A stretch of 64,000 nt of DNA from Octopus bimaculoides (lineage: Eukaryota): positions 29,941,741 through 30,005,740 of the forward strand of contig NC_068988.1 in assembly GCF_001194135.2 (NCBI RefSeq), in the 5' to 3' direction. The position numbers were made by a program, and so were the translations under genes. Within the stretch, counting starts at the first letter, position 1, and each line of letters starts with the position of its first letter. The notes under the pieces are model-generated. The model saw only the letters and a program-made list of their open reading frames with translations. It made no database searches and had not been told where the DNA came from. Of this stretch, positions 40,052-53,580 are shown in pieces.

Positions 40052-41039
40052 CATTCAGTCTATATTGTGAAGTGGTTGGCATTTGTAAGAGTGTCCAGCT
40101 GTAAAAACCATGCTGAAACTGGCGTCACCTGTGCTGGTGCCCCATAAAAAGCACTCAGTCCACTCTACAGGGTGGTTGGTGTTAGGAAGGGCATCCAGCT
40201 GTAAAAGCCTTGTCCAAACAGACACAGTAGCCTGGGCGAGTCTTCTACCTGGTCAGCCCCTGTCAAACCATTCAACCCATGCCAGCATGGAAGACGGACA
40301 TTAAATGATGATGATTGTGTGTGTGTGTGTGTGTGTGTATACATACGTACAATGAGCTTCTTTCAAATTCTTTCCACCAAATTGACTCACAAACTTTTGG
40401 CTGGTTCAAGGCTATAACAGAAGACAACACTTGCCAAAAGTAGTGCATATAGGATTGAACCTGAGGTAACGAGGTTGAGAAGCAAGCATACATACATATA
40501 AGTGTGTCTGTGTGTGTCTCTTCTTATTGAGTTCAGTTGTTGGGTTGCAGCCAATGTCCTTCAAATACTTTTGGCAATGCTGCTCTCATGCTTGAAAGAA
40601 AAAAAGTAACGTTTATTTATGTATCATTAATTTTTGCATTACCCTCCTTCCCTCTCCCCCTCTCTTGCTCTACTTTCTTTTATTTATTTTTTTATTTTTA
40701 CCGAGGAAGGCAGGTTGCGATTCAAGTGAGATTTGGCTTTTATTTCTAGCAGGCCGTATGACCACATAAGAACACCTTTGTTGGATCACCATGTTTGAAA
40801 ATATTTAGTTTGGTTGGTGGTTGCAAGCGTCTCCGCTTAAACTAATATTTGCTACTTCACGTTAACGAGTCTAGAACATAGCAAGAAACTGTGTTGCTTT
40901 TACCAATTAGCTAGTCGTTATTACTTCTTGTTGTTGCCATTTTTTGCCTTTCTTTTCTACTTTTGAGTATTGCAAAGTATACATGTGTACATGTATCTGT
41001 ATAGATGTCTATATATATGTATATACATATATATATATG

Positions 41040-41340
41040 ATAGACTCTCCCATTGTTAGACGATGTATGAGGGTTCGACAGTTTCTTACCAAATAACCAC
41101 ACAGATGATTTGTTTATAGTGATCAGATGTTTGTGTAGACATAAGCTCACTCCTTCCATCAAATTGACATTACCTGTACAGGTGCAACTGGGTGCCACAT
41201 GTCAGATGTCGAAATGATCGCAGAGCAACGTGAAATGAAGTGCTTCCGCTCAAGAACACAATGCAATGCCCGGTCTGGGACTTGAACCCACGATCTCGCA
41301 ATCATGAGTGCAACACCCTAACCACTAAGCCATGCATCTT
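41040..41340 (-). mobile_element. tRNA-derived SINE family C
   Basis: Minus-strand head gcatggcttagtggttagggtg...gggttcaagtccc. Confidence 0.7.
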
Positions 41341-41669
41341 CACAAATATACATATATATATATATATATAAATTTAGATTCAAAATTGAATGTGGCACTT
41401 AAGTTTAGGTACCAGAATATAGTATGGTATTCTCCAAACAATTCCAAAAACAAGGTGATCAAAAATCAAAAAGAGCAACATGGATATATATATGTATATA
41501 TGTATGTATGTATGTATGTATATCATCATCATCATTATCATATATATGTGCTTAGTAGGAGATAGTGCAGGGAGTGGAAGTAGAGAGGTCTGAATTAAAG
41601 TGGAAAGTGTTACTCAATCCCGTGAAGTAGGGGTTATGTGTCTACATATATCTGTTATCCTTCTAGTTA

Positions 41670-42047
41670 TTTCAGCCATTAGACTCCAGCCATGCTGGGG
41701 TGCCACCTTGAAGAATATTTGTCGAATGAATTGACCCTAATACTTATTTTTTTAAAGCCTGGTACTTATTATATCGACTTCTTTTGCCGAACTGCTAAGT
41801 TATGGGAACGTAAACACACCAGCATCGGTTGTCAAGCGATGTTGTGGGGACAAACAGACACACAAACATATACACATACACATACATATATACAACCGGG
41901 CTTCTTTCAGTTTCCATCTACCAAATCCACTCACAAGACTCTGGTCGGCCCGAGGCTATAGTAGAAGACACTTGCCCAAGGTGCCACACAGTGGGACTGA
42001 ACCCGGAACCATGTGGTTGGTAAGCAAGCTACTTACCACACAGCCAC
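41670..42047 (-). mobile_element. SINE family A, full length and young
   Basis: Intact head gtggctgtgtggtaag...ggttcagtccc and CORE-like ggcaccttgggcaag; CpGs largely retained. Confidence 0.85.
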
Positions 42048-42573
42048 GACAATGAACTTTCCCTGCAGTGAAGCAATGACTGTGAACTTACCAGACACGC
42101 TTCCCAGCTCCTGTCAAACTGTCCAACCCATACCATCATGGGAAACAGACATTAAATGGTGATGATGTATACAGCAGGCTTCCACACAGTTTCCCAGGGA
42201 TATAATAGAAAACACTTGCCCAAGGTTCTGTGCAGTTAGACTGAACATGAAACAACGCAGATGTAAACTGAACTCTTTACCCATACAACCATGTGTGCAC
42301 CTATTCAACTATTTTAACCCTTGCCCCACCAACACCACCTTCTCTGCAATAGGTAATATTAATCATCATTAAAAATCCTCGACTATTTTTAGCACATCTC
42401 AGCTAACAACACATACATGTAAGTGTTCTTTTTAGTTGAAATATCTTCTTTATTAACTTCTCCATTTCAAGTACACAGCTGCATGGCTGTGGTGTCTAAG
42501 TTTTTTTATGTCAGTGAACGCTAAAGAGCACAAAATACATACAATGTATTGTGCACGTGTACATATATGTGTA

Positions 42574-42680
42574 CAGTGATCCCTCAACTATCGCAGGTGT
42601 TACTTTCTAAAATCCACTGCAATAGGTGAAAATCCACCAAGTAGAAACAGTACTGTACTGTGTATTTTTTTTTACTATTC
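42574..42680 (+). mobile_element. Tigger/pogo-like left end
   Basis: TA|cagtgatccctcaactatcgc...gcaataggtgaaaatcc. Confidence 0.5.
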
Positions 42681-42839
42681 TTATAATTTGTATATATCTA
42701 TTTTATTATTTTTATATATTTAAGCTTTAAGAAGTTGCAGAACGTTTGGACGACATCATAGGGCTTGAAATATATTCACAATTTTACACACAAATTCAAA
42801 ACACCACCACACACTCGCCTTCCGTGTTACAAACCGTGT

Positions 42840-43125
42840 GTTTTAAAATGATCTAAATTCAAACATTCCACCAAAATTTCATGTTAATTTATATTCCAAA
42901 CACCAGGTTAATAATGGCAAAGTTATTTTACTAAATAATTCTTCATTACTTTCAAGAAATGCAGTGTGTTTTGACAGGAATATATATGGTAACAAAAGAA
43001 CTAAAGTGATCTAAATTAAGATATTCTATCAAAATTTCTTCATGTTAATTAATTTTCCAAACACCACAGGAGTAATTAAACAGTTATTTTACAAAATTCT
43101 TTATTCATTTTAAGACCAATTATAA
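42840..43125 (+). repeat. Two diverged tandem copies of a piggyBac-like MITE body
   Basis: gatctaaatt...ttcatgttaatt...ttccaaacacca...agttatttta occurs twice; the first copy ends ggtaacaaaagaactaa, related to the ends at 57930-58318. Confidence 0.5.
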
Positions 43126-44144
43126 TATTCTGCAAAAATATATCTGGCCATAATGAAAAATTACCTTCCTTAGAAACAAGCAAGGGTTGGCAACAGAAAG
43201 CACATCTGAGAATCTACCTCAAAAAAAATTCCTTCTGGATGATGCGAGCATGGAAACATGGACGTATACAATGTGTGTGTGTGTGTGTGTGTTTTGTATG
43301 TTCATATATTCATATATTTATTTGATAGGTTTTTCATATTTTTAGTAAGTTTCTTTCTTGAAAATCATTAGAGCATGACAATACAAATTACGCTCCGATG
43401 ATTTCTTAGAAAGAAACATATTTACAAATTTGTTGACATAATATCAGACGAATATTGACAGCTCTGTATCAGAGATATTGCCTTATATGCTTAGAGAATT
43501 TGTGTGGTTCTTTATATCATTGTGAACAAGCTAACTTGCCAAACTATATGTATGTGTATGAGAATAAGCATATATGTGTGTGTATGTGTGTATGCATATA
43601 CATAAATACTTGTTAATAAATATATGTATACATATTTATATATTTCTGTGTGTGTGTGTTTATTTGATTTAAGAAGCGGTGATGAGTGACAATTTTGTAA
43701 ATAATCATATCTTATAAGCTTAAAGCTCACACACAATCATTGCGTATTGACTACAGAAAATAATTTATTGTTGGGTTAGAAAACCCACTTCTTTCCACTG
43801 AGGGCTTATATGCCCCAATATTAGACTGTTGTTTTAGTCAATACACAACAATTGCTTATGAACTTAAAGCTTAGCCTGGTGTTGCCATCCGGTTTCACCA
43901 GTCCTCAGTCAGATCGTCCAACCCATGCTAGCATGGAAAGCGGACGTTAAACGATGATGATGATATATATATATTGTCCAACGATGGCTTAGCTGGCTAA
44001 AACTTCGAAGTTACTGTCAATACTAAAGAATGATAAATTTGTACTCAATAAAATAAAAGTATCGAGTAACCCTTCAGATTAATGTAAAATTGTTTTTATC
44101 ATAAATGAACATAAAAACAAACATTAAGATATATATATATATCA

Positions 44145-44400
44145 TCATCATCCTCATCCTCATCGTTTAATATCCATTTTCCATGCTGGCATGGGTCGAA
44201 CGGTTCAACTGGGGTCTGGGAAGCCAGGAGGCTGCACCAGGACCCAATCTGATCTGGCAGTGTTTCTACAGCTGGATGCCCTTCCTAACACCAACCGCTC
44301 CGAGAGTGTAGTGGGTGCTTTTTACATGCCACTGGCACAGGGGCCAGAGGAGCTGGCATCGACCATGATTGGATGGTAAAACTGACATGCCATGACCAAG
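44145..44400 (-). mobile_element. RTE family 3' end
   Basis: Same tail and gctggatgcccttcctaac motif as the copy at 54614. Confidence 0.8.
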
Positions 44401-44620
44401 ACTATATATATATATAGTCAATTTGAGGATGTTAGATTCACACAAGGAATTATATAATCCAAAAAATTCCACTGGATAATTACTATGATATAATGAGAAA
44501 GTCTCAGCGATATGTTATGGATTATTGTAGTAATACATATTATTACTGGAGAAAGATGGATTTATGAATAATTTATTTGTATGATGTAAGATACTGAAAT
44601 TTTTTTATAATAATAATACA

Positions 44621-44790
44621 AACAAAAGCACTCAGAGAGCGCAAACCTCTGCCAAGGCAACACCAATGTCCTCTCAACAATTAACCAGAGAGGATTTTTA
44701 AAATGAGAATATCTGAAATAAACTCGATTGCTCTCACAAATGAGAATACTAAAAATGAACCTGACCACTCTCAAAAATTGGGCAAATGTC
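44621..44790 (+). mobile_element. 5' fragment of a non-autonomous Helitron/Helentron-like element
   Basis: Starts aacaaaagcactcagagagcgcaaacctctgccaaggc, a start motif I recognise from Helitron-class non-autonomous repeats; the 3' hairpin is absent. Confidence 0.45.
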
Positions 44791-45454
44791 TGACTATGAC
44801 CACAACAAAACTAAAGCCTTTTGAATGAATTTGGTTGACAGAAACTGTACTGAAGACCATATATTATGCATGTCTGCATGCAAGTGTGTATGTTTGTATC
44901 TTTGTTTCTACATTTTTCTCATACACACATGCACTGTCTGACAATTGGTGTTAGTTTTGTTTACATCACTGGCAAAAGAGACTCATAGTACAGATTAGTA
45001 GCAGACTTTAAAAATGACTTGTACTAAAAGCCTTCAAGGTTGTGCCCCAGCATGGCCATACTCCAATGACTGACACAAGTAAAAGATAAAAACAGATTAT
45101 TTCTCACTTGATTCCGGTTTGTAGAGTCTTGAAGGACACAATTCCATCCATGACAAGGAAAAATAAAATATTCATTTGACAAAACTAAAATAGAAAAGAT
45201 TTATCTCTGTGGCATTGAAAATGTTAATATATATATGTATATATATATATATTCTCTTATTTGTTTCTGTGATTTGACTGTGGCCATGCTGGAGCACCAC
45301 CTTTTGTCGAACAAATCGACCCCGGGACTTATTCTTTTGTAAGCCTAGTCCTTATTCTATAGGTCTCTTTTGCCGAACTGCTAAGTTACGGGGATGTAAG
45401 CACACCAACATCGGTTGTCAAGCGATGGTAGGAGGACACACAAACCCATACATC

Positions 45455-45610
45455 ATCATCATTATCATCGTCGTTTAACGTCTGTTTTCCATGCTGGTAT
45501 GGGTTGGATGGTTCGACTGGTGTCTGGGAAGCCAGGAGGTTGCACCAGGCTCCAGTCTGATCTGGCAGTGTTTCTACAGCTGGATGCCCTTCCTAAGGCC
45601 AACCACTCCG
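45455..45610 (-). mobile_element. RTE family 3' end
   Basis: Same tail motif as the copy at 54614. Confidence 0.75.
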
Positions 45611-46249
45611 AAAGTCTTCCATGATAAACATGTCCAGTCATGGGGAAATCATTACCTTGCTTGGAAATAGGTGAGGGTTGGCAACAGGAAGGGCATCCAG
45701 CCTTAGAAAATCTGCCTCAACAAATTCTGTCTGACTCATGCAAGATTGGAAAAGTGGACATTAAATGAGGATAACGATAATGACGATGATCATGATGATG
45801 ATTCTGGTGTCTATTCCTTGAATCACTAAATACATCAGAAGTCCTTGTGTCCTGATCACCTTCTACCACCACCACCACTACCACCACCAAAACAAGTTGT
45901 GGTATAGTAATTTGATTTTAGAGTGACATAGTGTACAGAGAGATATTGTATTGTCTGGTGTTGTTTATACAAACCAGTTGTGTATTACTTGGAAGATATC
46001 TGAAGAATTCTTACCATTTTTAATGTTGATTTTGCTTCATATAACATTTCAAACATTGGCTAGATAAGATAATTTATCAGGTTTCTTTCATTTCTCTCAC
46101 AGAAGAATGGCCTCTCTAATAGAAAGAATTCTGTATCTAAAATAGAAACCAGAGAGAGAACATACCAATAACTATTTTGGGTATTTTTTAATTTTGTTTT
46201 AAGAAAATAAGAATATCCAATAAAAATGTCAAATTATTGTTAAAAGATA

Positions 46250-46581
46250 GGCGCAGGAGTAGCTGTGTGGTAAGTAGCAAGTGTCTTCTACTATAGCCTC
46301 AGGCAGACCAAAGCCTTGTGAGTGGATTTGGTAGACGGAAACTGAAAGAAGCCCGTCATATATATATATATATATGTGTGTTTGTGTGTCTGTTTTTGTC
46401 CCCCCCCACCATCGCTTGACAACTGATGCTGGTGTGTTTACATCCCTGTAACTTAGTGGTTCGGCAAAAGAAGCCGATAGAATAAGTACTAGGCTTACAA
46501 AAAATAAGTTTTGGGGGTCAATTTGCTCGACTAAAGGCAGTGCTTCAGCATGGCTGCAGTCAAATGACTGAAACAAATAAA
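46250..46581 (+). mobile_element. SINE family A with an internal deletion of the B box
   Basis: ggcgcaggagtagctgtgtggtaagtagc|aagtgtcttc lacks the segment present in the 41670 copy. Confidence 0.8.
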
Positions 46582-47694
46582 NNNNNNNNNNNNNNNNNNN
46601 NNNNNNNNNNNNNNNNNNNNNNNNNNNNNNNNNNNNNNNNNNNNNNNNNNNNNNNNNNNNNNNNNNNNNNNNNNNNNNNNNNNNNNNNNNNNNNNNNNNN
46701 NNNNNNNNNNNNNNNNNNNNNNNNNNNNNNNNNNNNNNNNNNNNNNNNNNNNNNNNNNNNNNNNNNNNNNNNNNNNNNNNNNNNNNNNNNNNNNNNNNNN
46801 NNNNNNNNNNNNNNNNNNNNNNNNNNNNNNNNNNNNNNNNNNNNNNNNNNNNNNNNNNNNNNNNNNNNNNNNNNNNNNNNNNNNNNNNNNNNNNNNNNNN
46901 NNNNNNNNNNNNNNNNNNNNNNNNNNNNNNNNNNNNNNNNNNNNNNNNNNNNNNNNNNNNNNNNNNNNNNNNNNNNNNNNNNNNNNNNNNNNNNNNNNNN
47001 NNNNNNNNNNNNNNNNNNNNNNNNNNNNNNNNNNNNNNNNNNNNNNNNNNNNNNNNNNNNNNNNNNNNNNNNNNNNNNNNNNNNNNNNNNNNNNNNNNNN
47101 NNNNNNNNNNNNNNNNNNNNNNNNNNNNNNNNNNNNNNNNNNNNNNNNNNNNNNNNNNNNNNNNNNNNNNNNNNNNNNNNNNNNNNNNNNNNNNNNNNNN
47201 NNNNNNNNNNNNNNNNNNNNNNNNNNNNNNNNNNNNNNNNNNNNNNNNNNNNNNNNNNNNNNNNNNNNNNNNNNNNNNNNNNNNNNNNNNNNNNNNNNNN
47301 NNNNNNNNNNNNNNNNNNNNNNNNNNNNNNNNNNNNNNNNNNNNNNNNNNNNNNNNNNNNNNNNNNNNNNNNNNNACCATTTGTACCTTTTTATGGTACC
47401 TATTTTGCTGTCGGAGGATATTATAGAATAAATAAAATTTATGCCAACCTACCAAACAAACAAACAAAACAGTTTGTAATATAAACATGACATTTTAGAG
47501 CAGTTAACTCACAGAAAGCAACCCTCCCCCTCTTTCTCTCTCCCTCTCTTTTTCTCCTCCTCTTCCTCCTTGCAACTGCTAAAAATTTCACCTTGTGATT
47601 TTTTTTTTATTCTCAGAGGTCATGTGACTTGCTTTCATGTCATCTCACAGGTGAACATTCGGAATAAATTCAGAATTATAATGATAGTGACATC

Positions 47695-47856
47695 TATATG
47701 TATATATATATATATATATATAGATAGATAGATAGATATGCATGTATGTATATATATATATGTATGTATGTATATGTATATGTATGTATAAATATTTGTA
47801 TACATATATATGTATGTATATATCTATGTATGTATATGTATATGTAAATTTATTTA

Positions 47857-47948
<92 letters not shown>

Positions 47949-48014
47949 CATCTATATATATTTGAAGGTGGTTGCAGATGCAGTTGTTTGTTCTTGTTGT
48001 TATATTTATTGTGC

Positions 48015-48045
<31 letters not shown>

Positions 48046-48366
48046 GTTGTTGTTGTTGTTGTTTAAAAACGATGATGGATTTGTGCCGGTGGCAAAGAAA
48101 AGCTGCACAAAATTCCTTCTTGCTGATATCTCTTTTCGTATGTAGGTGGCTGTGGCATCTGCTACCTCAGTTCCATTTCGGTAGGAAGGAGGACTACAGC
48201 ACAGTTCTTTATCATCATCATCATCACCATCATCCTCATCATCACTGCTGCACCAATCTCCTGGGCTGAAGATGAGGCAACTGTGTAAATAAAGTCGCAA
48301 GTGTGCTTTGCAAGCTACTTTCTGGATTAAGTAGCTGCTTGAAGCTTGTAATGTGTTACATCTATT

Positions 48367-48424
<58 letters not shown>

Positions 48425-48571
48425 TATACATATATAAATATTTATACATACATGCATATAAATGTGCATACATACATATATATATACATACATATATATG
48501 TATATATATATATATATAAACATGTATATACATAAATACATACATAGATACCTATGTATACACACATATAA

Positions 48572-48616
<45 letters not shown>

Positions 48617-48723
48617 TATGTATATATATACATACACATATATACATGTATATATATATATATATATACCTACATATAATTATACATATACGTACATATG
48701 AAAATGTAAATATAAATATCTAA

Positions 48724-48755
<32 letters not shown>

Positions 48756-48905
48756 ATACATACCTATTGCACATATATGCACACATATACACACACACAC
48801 ATATATATATATATACATATCTATACATATATATATATATATACACACACACATATATACATATACATATGTACATATACATATATATATAATACACACA
48901 CATGT
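47695..48905. repeat. Compound microsatellite block (TA, TATG, ATT, GTT, CA, CATA)
   Basis: Seen directly; explains the YIYI/HTHT ORFs. Similar blocks occur at 1-57, 3240, 4360, 11390, 18580, 19540-19910, 37240-37620 and 61240-61430. Confidence 0.95.
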
Positions 48906-49822
48906 AACCTCCATATGTGATGATGGTAAGGTAGTCATAAAGAAAGCAAAGCAGTTGGAGAGAGAGGGGGAGGGNNNNNNNNNNNNNNNNNNNNNNNNNN
49001 NNNNNNNNNNNNNNNNNNNNNNNNNNNNNNNNNNNNNNNNNNNNNNNNNNNNNNNNNNNNNNNNNNNNNNNNNNNNNNNNNNNNNNNNNNNNNNNNNNNN
49101 NNNNNNNNNNNNNNNNNNNNNNNNNNNNNNNNNNNNNNNNNNNNNNNNNNNNNNNNNNNNNNNNNNNNNNNNNNNNNNNNNNNNNNNNNNNNNNNNNNNN
49201 NNNNNNNNNNNNNNNNNNNNNNNNNNNNNNNNNNNNNNNNNNNNNNNNNNNNNNNNGGGGGAGAGAGAGGGGGAGTAGTTATTTTTCCTACTTCTTGTTT
49301 CAACAACATTTCAAAATAACCAACAGTCTACACAGATCACATATTCACATATGTTGCACAACCTTCCTTCCACCTCTAAGTCTTTCATTCTTTTTCTTTT
49401 CTCTCAATATTATTTTTTTTTTTTATTTACACTCTTCTAACTTAGAGTTACACAATTTTCATTTGCCTCTCTAAGCTTAAAGTTAAACTAACTCCTGCAA
49501 AATGCTAAACTAGAGTGAGTACAAGGTCATAAGTAGAAGAGTTGTAATGTCCATTGTGTTAAGTGTTGTGAGGCAAAATGTATTGTTGTAATTACTGTGA
49601 GCTTCTTAACTGGTTACGGTTATGAAATGTATTTGCCAATAGAAATACTTTCTCCAACAATCTATACGCAAACAAAGAAACTTAGGAAACTCCAGCGTAG
49701 AAATAGATAGTAACAGCTTGGTTGAAAAAAATCACAAACATTAACTTCGCTTTTCATTTGCTCAACATAAATTGCACACACACACACACTCACACACACA
49801 CACAAAGTTGATAAGGTCTATC

Positions 49823-50132
49823 GATAAACATATGATAAACGTTGCCCTTTCAAAGCCTAGCCAGGCTCATGGGCCCGGTTTCCCAGTTTCTATGGCGTAT
49901 GTGTTCCCCCCAGTTGGACGGGACGCCAGTCCATCGCAACGTTACTCAAGAAAGAGTGAGAGAAAGTTGGGGCAAAAGAGTACAACAGGGGTCGCCACCA
50001 TCCCCTGCCGGAGCCTCGTGGAGCTTTAGGTGTTTTCACTCAAGAAACACACACAACGCCCAGTCTAGGGATCGAAACCACGATCCTCCGACCGCGAGTC
50101 CGCTGCCCTAACCACTGGGCCATTGTGCCTCC
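49823..50132 (-). mobile_element. Full-length tRNA-derived SINE with a V-domain-like core and 14-bp TSD
   Basis: A box tggcccagtgg, B box ggtttcgatcc, core gcgatggactggcgtcccgtcc; TGATAAGGTCTATC at 49809-49822 and 50133-50146. Confidence 0.85.
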
Positions 50133-50701
50133 TGATAAGGTCTATCACAGGTGTGTAATTAAGAAACAGGTTACACAAGGTCAAATACTTGACGTCTTAT
50201 CTTTAAAATCTGGAGGTTTTTTTATTGACTTTGGAGAGAAACAAAGGAGTTTGTTCTATCTTGGGATGGGTCATTATGCCAATAATAAACACTCACACAC
50301 ACTGATTCTAGCTCACTTCTTTATTTTTTCTATTTGTCATTTAGTTATCCATTCAACCAATTAACAAATTGATTGTTTGGTTTATCACTCAGTTAACCAA
50401 TTAATCAAGGTTGACAAAGTCCTTTCATTACTTTTCATGATGTCATTTGCAACCCCAACAATAATTTCCCCTCTCTACTCCAATTCTGAAACAGATTGAT
50501 TTATTGAAAGATTAATCAAACAATCAGTTAAGTGATTAAATGATTAACCAATTGACAAATGAATAAGAAGTGAAACAGAATTAGTGTGTGTGTTTGTTAT
50601 TGGCATTATGACCCTCCTCAGATTCAACAGAATCCTCAGTTCTAGGCTTACAAAGAATAATTTCCATTTGACGGATATTTGTCCTCATCTTGTTTGTTAT
50701 T

Positions 50702-50747
50702 AACGCAATGCTTCGGCTGATATACCCTACAGCCTTCATCAGGTGTC
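50702..50747 (-). ncRNA. Inverted hammerhead-like copy, core mutated (GAAG)
   Basis: Minus strand gacac-CTGATGA-a-ggctg(tagggtatat)cagcc-GAAG-ca-tt-gcgtt. Confidence 0.35.
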
Positions 50748-50782
50748 TTGGGGAAATTTCCCCAGGTTTGAAATTTCCCCAA

Positions 50783-50828
50783 GACACCTGATGAAGGCTG
50801 GAGGGTATATCAGCTGAAACATTGTGTT
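50783..50828 (+). ncRNA. Minimal type I hammerhead ribozyme-like motif (stem III degenerate)
   Basis: gacac-CTGATGA-a-ggctg(gagggtatat)cagct-GAAA-ca-tt-gtgtt. Confidence 0.5.
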
Positions 50829-51619
50829 AACAACAAACAAGTTAAGGACAAATATCCATCTAATGTAAATAATGTAAATAATGTACGTATTTCCTCATCT
50901 CTTAAATATAGAACTTACAAAGAATAAGTCCTGGGGTCAATTTGTTCGATTAAAGGCAGTGCTCCAGCATTGCCACAGTCAAATGACTGAAACATGTAAA
51001 GGAATAAATGAATATGTATATGTGTGTGTGTGACACATATAACATGTGTCTTTAGAAAACAGGACGCCTAGCACAAATACTCATGCTAGAACCATTTACT
51101 AAATACATCCACCCTCTCACACAGCTGAACTATCAATCCATCTTATAATATTTATCTACTCTGTGGTGCTATTTTAACAGCCTCGCCCCATACTTATCTC
51201 AGTGCTGGGTCTGACTTTATAGCCCTTTCTGCCTTCTGCCTTTACCTCTCCTTGTCATCCAGGTCGGAATATTTGGGAAATATATTAAAGATACTATCAA
51301 GAATGAAGAAACTTTATATTCTGTTAGTCATTTTAAAAGACTGCTGAAGATAATAATAATATTCTTCGGTAAGAATAAAATACCAATTTGTGTCTATATT
51401 AGCAATGATCTAAGGAACCAAAAAATTTTTTTAAGACTTTGCAAGTGTGTTAAGTACCATGTTGTTGACATTTTTAGTCTGTTTATGGGTTTATATATTT
51501 TATATGATTAAGAAGACTGGAAGAATTTGTCGAGTGACTGAGACAAGGCCTTGTGCTATTTTGTTGTGTGTTTTACATTCTGAGTTCAAATCCTTGTGTT
51601 AACTTTGCCTTTCACCCAT

Positions 51620-52256
51620 CTCCAAGGGTTCTTGGGTTCATATGGCACTTCGGGGTCCACATAAAATTTGGTCTTTAAAATTTATCTGCAATAAAATTGG
51701 TTATACTTCTACAAAACACAAAACATTTTAATAATTTTTTTAATATAATTCCTAATAATGCAGTGATACCTTGGAGTAGGAGTTTAATTCATTCCATGAC
51801 CAAGCTTGTCTTACGATTTACTTGTTTTACAAATCAATTTTCCCTGTCGAAATTAACTAAAATATAATTACCCCATTCCGGCCCCACAAAGCCACTGAAA
51901 AATAATTTTTTATGGCTTTTAAAACAGAAAAGGCGTAGTTACAAGTAAAATGACATTTATGAAAAAGAGAATGCAAAAGAAATATGTAAACCGGTTTTAT
52001 TAACTGAATTACCTTAAAGATGGGATGATTTCTGTGCTCGTACTAGGGATTTGTGTACTCATACTTCAAGACGGAAATTTGTATGAGTCTCAGCTCGTAC
52101 AGCAAATTACTTATACAATGATGCACTTGTACGGCAAGGTTCTACTTTATTTAATTATAATGGGACTTTTTAAAAATCTTAGATGTTTATGTGGGCCCAG
52201 TAGAATAAAACAGGAATCAAGGGGTTCACAGACAACACTATGATTGAGAAACACAG
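51620..52256. mobile_element. Tigger-like MITE (51761-52147) nested in a hAT-Charlie-like remnant
   Basis: Inner ends cagtgataccttgg / caaggttctact; outer right end gattgagaaacacag resembles the Charlie TIR ggttgagaaacactg. Confidence 0.5.
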
Positions 52257-53209
52257 ATGATAATGATGATGATTTTATATATATATATATATATATATAT
52301 ACATACACACACATGACAGTGTGATAGTTGTACATGACTGTCATTCATTTCCAATATTCTGCAAAATCATGTTTGGTCATAGGGAAATATTACCTTACTT
52401 GGAAACAGGTGAGGGTTAGCAACAGGAAGGGCATGCAGCCATAGAAAATCTGCCTCAATAAATTTCAACTGCAAGCATGGAAAAATGGATATTAAAATGA
52501 TGATGATGATGATGCACATATATATATGTATTTATATTTGTGTGTGTACATATATCTGTATATGTATACGCGTGCATATGTGTGTGTGTGTGTGTGTATG
52601 CATGGGTAGAGTGCGTAATTTATAGGCAGAAATTTCAGTGTACACAATATTAAATGTGTCACATTTTATGAGAATTTGATATCAAAGACAAGCAACCCCC
52701 CCCNNNNNNNNNNNNNNNNNNNNNNNNNNNNNNNNNNNNNNNNNNNNNNNNNNNNNNNNNNNNNNNNNNNNNNNNNNNNNNNNNNNNNNNNNNNNNNNNN
52801 NNNNNNNNNNNNNNNNNNNNNNNNNNNNNNNNNNNNNNNNNNNNNNNNNNNNNNNNNNNNNNNNNNNNNNNNNNNNNNNNNNNNNNNNNNNNNNNNNNNN
52901 NNNNNNNNNNNNNNNNNNNNNNNNNNNNNNNNNNNNNNNNNNNNNNNNNNNNNNNNNNNNNNNNNNNNNNNNNNNNNNNNNNNNNNNNNNNNNNNNNNNN
53001 NNNNNNNNNNNNNNNNNNNNNNNNNNNNNNNNNNNNNNNNNNNNNNNNNNNNNNNNNNNNNNNNNNNNNNNNNNNNNNNNNNNNNNNNNNNNNNNNNNNN
53101 NNNNNNNNNNNNNNNNNNNNNNNNNNNNNNNNNNNNNNNNNNNNNNNNNNNNNNNNNNNNNNNNNNNNNNNNNNNNNNNNNNNNNNNNNNNNNNNNNNNN
53201 NNNNNNNNN

Positions 53210-53580
53210 NAGTTGATGGCCGATGCCAGTGCTGCCTGACTGGCTCCCGTGCTGGTAGCATGCAATAAGCACCGTTCATGCGTGGGCCATTGCCAGTGCC
53301 ATCTGACTGGTTCCCCATGTAAAAAAAGCATCATCCGAACATGGTCAAATACCATTTTGAGTGTGGCCATTGCCAGTACCACCTGACTGGCCCTCGTGTC
53401 GGTGGTACGTAAAAGCACCCACTACACTCTTGGAGTGGTTGGCGTTAGGAAGAGCATCCAGCTGTAGAAACTCTGCCAAATCAGATTGGAGCCTTATGCA
53501 GCCTCCTGGTTCGCCAGTCCTCAGTCAAATCATCCAGCCCATGCCAGCATGGAAAGCGGATGTTAAATGATGATCATCAT
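53210..53580 (+). mobile_element. RTE family 3' UTR/end
   Basis: gtggtacgtaaaagcacccactacactc...ggaaagcggatgttaaatgatgat. Confidence 0.8.

Larger units (their letters stand above)
50661..50913. mobile_element. Penelope-like (PLE-type) short insertion with 96-bp inverted arms and a 14-bp TSD
   Basis: Arms 50665-50760 and 50770-50865; CTTACAAAGAATAA at 50647-50660 and 50914-50927; inserted in a family-A SINE. Confidence 0.75.

Noticed and set aside
1868-50132. tRNA genes
   Set aside because: A/B-box matches continue into SINE bodies and do not form full cloverleaves.
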